A DNA stretch of 33,116 nt from Thaumarchaeota archaeon S13 (lineage in GTDB: Archaea; Thermoproteota; Nitrososphaeria; Nitrososphaerales; Nitrosopumilaceae): contig RHFA01000102.1 in assembly GCA_003724275.1 (NCBI GenBank), forward strand, positions 1 through 33,116, given 5' to 3'. The position numbers and the translations under genes were made by a program. The notes under the pieces are model-generated. The model made no database searches. It saw only the letters and a list, made by a program, of their open reading frames with translations, and had not been told where the DNA came from. Positions 32,073 through 33,116 of this stretch are shown here, piece after piece. The first letter of the stretch is position 1; the number at the start of each line of letters is the position of its first letter.

Positions 32073-33116
32073 CTATCCGCCGGGCCACTCGGCCAGGACG
32101 CCCCCGTCAAAGCCCAGCAGCGTGACGCTCACGCGGGCCCTGCCGCCGCAGTGGCCCTCCATCTCGGCCTGCGCGCGACGGGCAATCCCCTCGAAAAACC
32201 CCTCAACGCCGCGCTCTTGCGCAATCTCGCCGGCGTGGCGCGCGGTGTTTGCCGAGGCGATCTCGGCGGCCACGGCGTCATCTGCGCCGCACTCGCGCGC
32301 GATGCCGGCGAGGAGCGCCGTGTCGACCTTTGAGCCCTTTACGTGCGTCTGCCTCGCGCCGGCGGCGACCTTTGCCATCTTGCCCACAAACCCCACAATG
32401 CGCACGCGGCGAATCCCCGCGCGCGCGCACTCGCGGACGGAATACCCCGCAAAGTCGCCCATCTGCACATAGCAGTGCTCGCGCAGGCCCGCGAGGCTTT
32501 TGGCGGCCTCCTCGCTGCGCCCTCCCGTGCTAAGGACCACCTCCTCCTCGCCCATTGCGGCTGCGACGTCGATGCCCTGCCGTATCGAGGCGGCAAACGC
32601 CGCAGTCGAAAAGGGCACGACGATCCCGCTCGTCCCGAGTATCGATATGCCGCCGACGATGCCGAGCCGCGGGTTGTCCGTCTTTGTGGCGATCGCCTCG
32701 CCGTTTGCGACAGACACCGTCACCCTGACGCCGTGGCCGGCGAGCGAGCTCGCGCCGGCCTCGCGCACGCCCTCCTCGATCATCCTGCGCGGCACGGGGT
32801 TTATCGCCGGCGCGCCAATCTCGAGGCCCAGCCCCGGCTTTGTGACGGTCCCGACGCCCTCGCCGCCTAGCACCTCGACGGTTCCGGCGCCGGCCACGAG
32901 CTCGCACCCTGCGGCAATCTCGGCGCCATGCGTCACGTCGGGGTCGTCGCCCCCGTCCTTTATCACCGTGCAGCGTGCCCTGTCCGCCGAAAACTCGCAC
33001 GACGCTATGGCTATGCGCAGGGTCCCGCCCCGAGGAAGCGGCACGTCAACGGCGTCAGTGCGCGACTGTGAGGCGATGCTCATCATGCACGCCCTCGCCG
33101 CGGCGGCCGCCGACGT
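32073..33116 (-). CDS. cbiD: Cobalt-precorrin-5B (C1)-methyltransferase (partial, start outside the window)
   Basis: Motifs: KDGGDDPDVTHG, INPVPRRMI, ILGTSGIVVPFSTAAF. The frame stays open upstream of the track start (33086) to the window edge and reads TSAAAAARAC. This matches the conserved N-terminal TTG.CAAAAAKAA region, so the true start is beyond the window. Confidence 0.85.
   Translation of the reverse strand, partial: TSAAAAARACMMSIASQSRTDAVDVPLPRGGTLRIAIASCEFSADRARCTVIKDGGDDPDVTHGAEIAAGCELVAGAGTVEVLGGEGVGTVTKPGLGLEIGAPAINPVPRRMIEEGVREAGASSLAGHGVRVTVSVANGEAIATKTDNPRLGIVGGISILGTSGIVVPFSTAAFAASIRQGIDVAAAMGEEEVVLSTGGRSEEAAKSLAGLREHCYVQMGDFAGYSVRECARAGIRRVRIVGFVGKMAKVAAGARQTHVKGSKVDTALLAGIARECGADDAVAAEIASANTARHAGEIAQERGVEGFFEGIARRAQAEMEGHCGGRARVSVTLLGFDGGVLAEWPGG

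Noticed and set aside
1-33116. Haloarchaeal origin, suggested by high GC, Asp-rich repeat proteins and the HFX_2341-like regulator.
   Set aside because: Housekeeping proteins here (aIF2-alpha, CorA, Taw1) are Lys-rich and not acid-shifted, unlike halophile proteomes. The Asp richness is confined to the repeat proteins. The taxonomic call remains an inference that needs marker-gene phylogeny.

Overview
Gene-dense, high-GC archaeal chromosome segment. My hand counts of single 60-nt lines range from about 43% to 77% G+C. It is archaeal because it carries AglB with a WWDYG motif, an aIF2-alpha/Nop10 pair, Taw1, Bud32 and a TFB-like factor. The housekeeping proteins are Lys-rich rather than halophile-like, which fits a Nitrososphaerota (Thaumarchaeota)-type organism, possibly a high-GC symbiont lineage; that lineage call is inference only. 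Layout: (1) 1-6.5 kb holds an operon of very large surface proteins: a roughly 1000-aa protein with an archaeal type IV pilin-like N-terminus, then a roughly 1080-aa signal-peptide plus C-terminal-anchor protein. (2) 6.5-8.7 kb holds bud32, a HAM1-type NTP pyrophosphatase and taw1. (3) 8.8-16.6 kb holds three tandem paralogous genes made almost entirely of thrombospondin-type-3-like Asp/Cys repeats (24, 14 and 22 units), each with its own copy of an AAGTTTAATAA promoter box. (4) corA. (5) 17.7-23.4 kb is an accessory-looking block: an ArdC-like zincin protein; an overlapping four-gene minus-strand operon (TFB-like, ParB-like, Cys-rich orphan, A24 prepilin peptidase); a Rossmann plus wHTH regulator; and an orphan PIN nuclease. 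(6) An apparently frame-split PEBP gene, aglB, nop10 and aIF2-alpha. (7) A cobalamin cluster (cobO, cbiA, cbiC, cbiX, cbiG, cbiD). No rRNA, tRNA, CRISPR array, transposase or integrase was recognised. High GC makes most long ORFs in the six-frame track spurious; many are wobble-aligned antisense shadows. I chose real genes by family motifs, amino-acid composition, operon logic, and a recurrent AT-rich TATA-like box about 20-30 nt upstream of start codons, which suggests largely leaderless transcripts. All family assignments come from motif recognition by eye; no searches were run.
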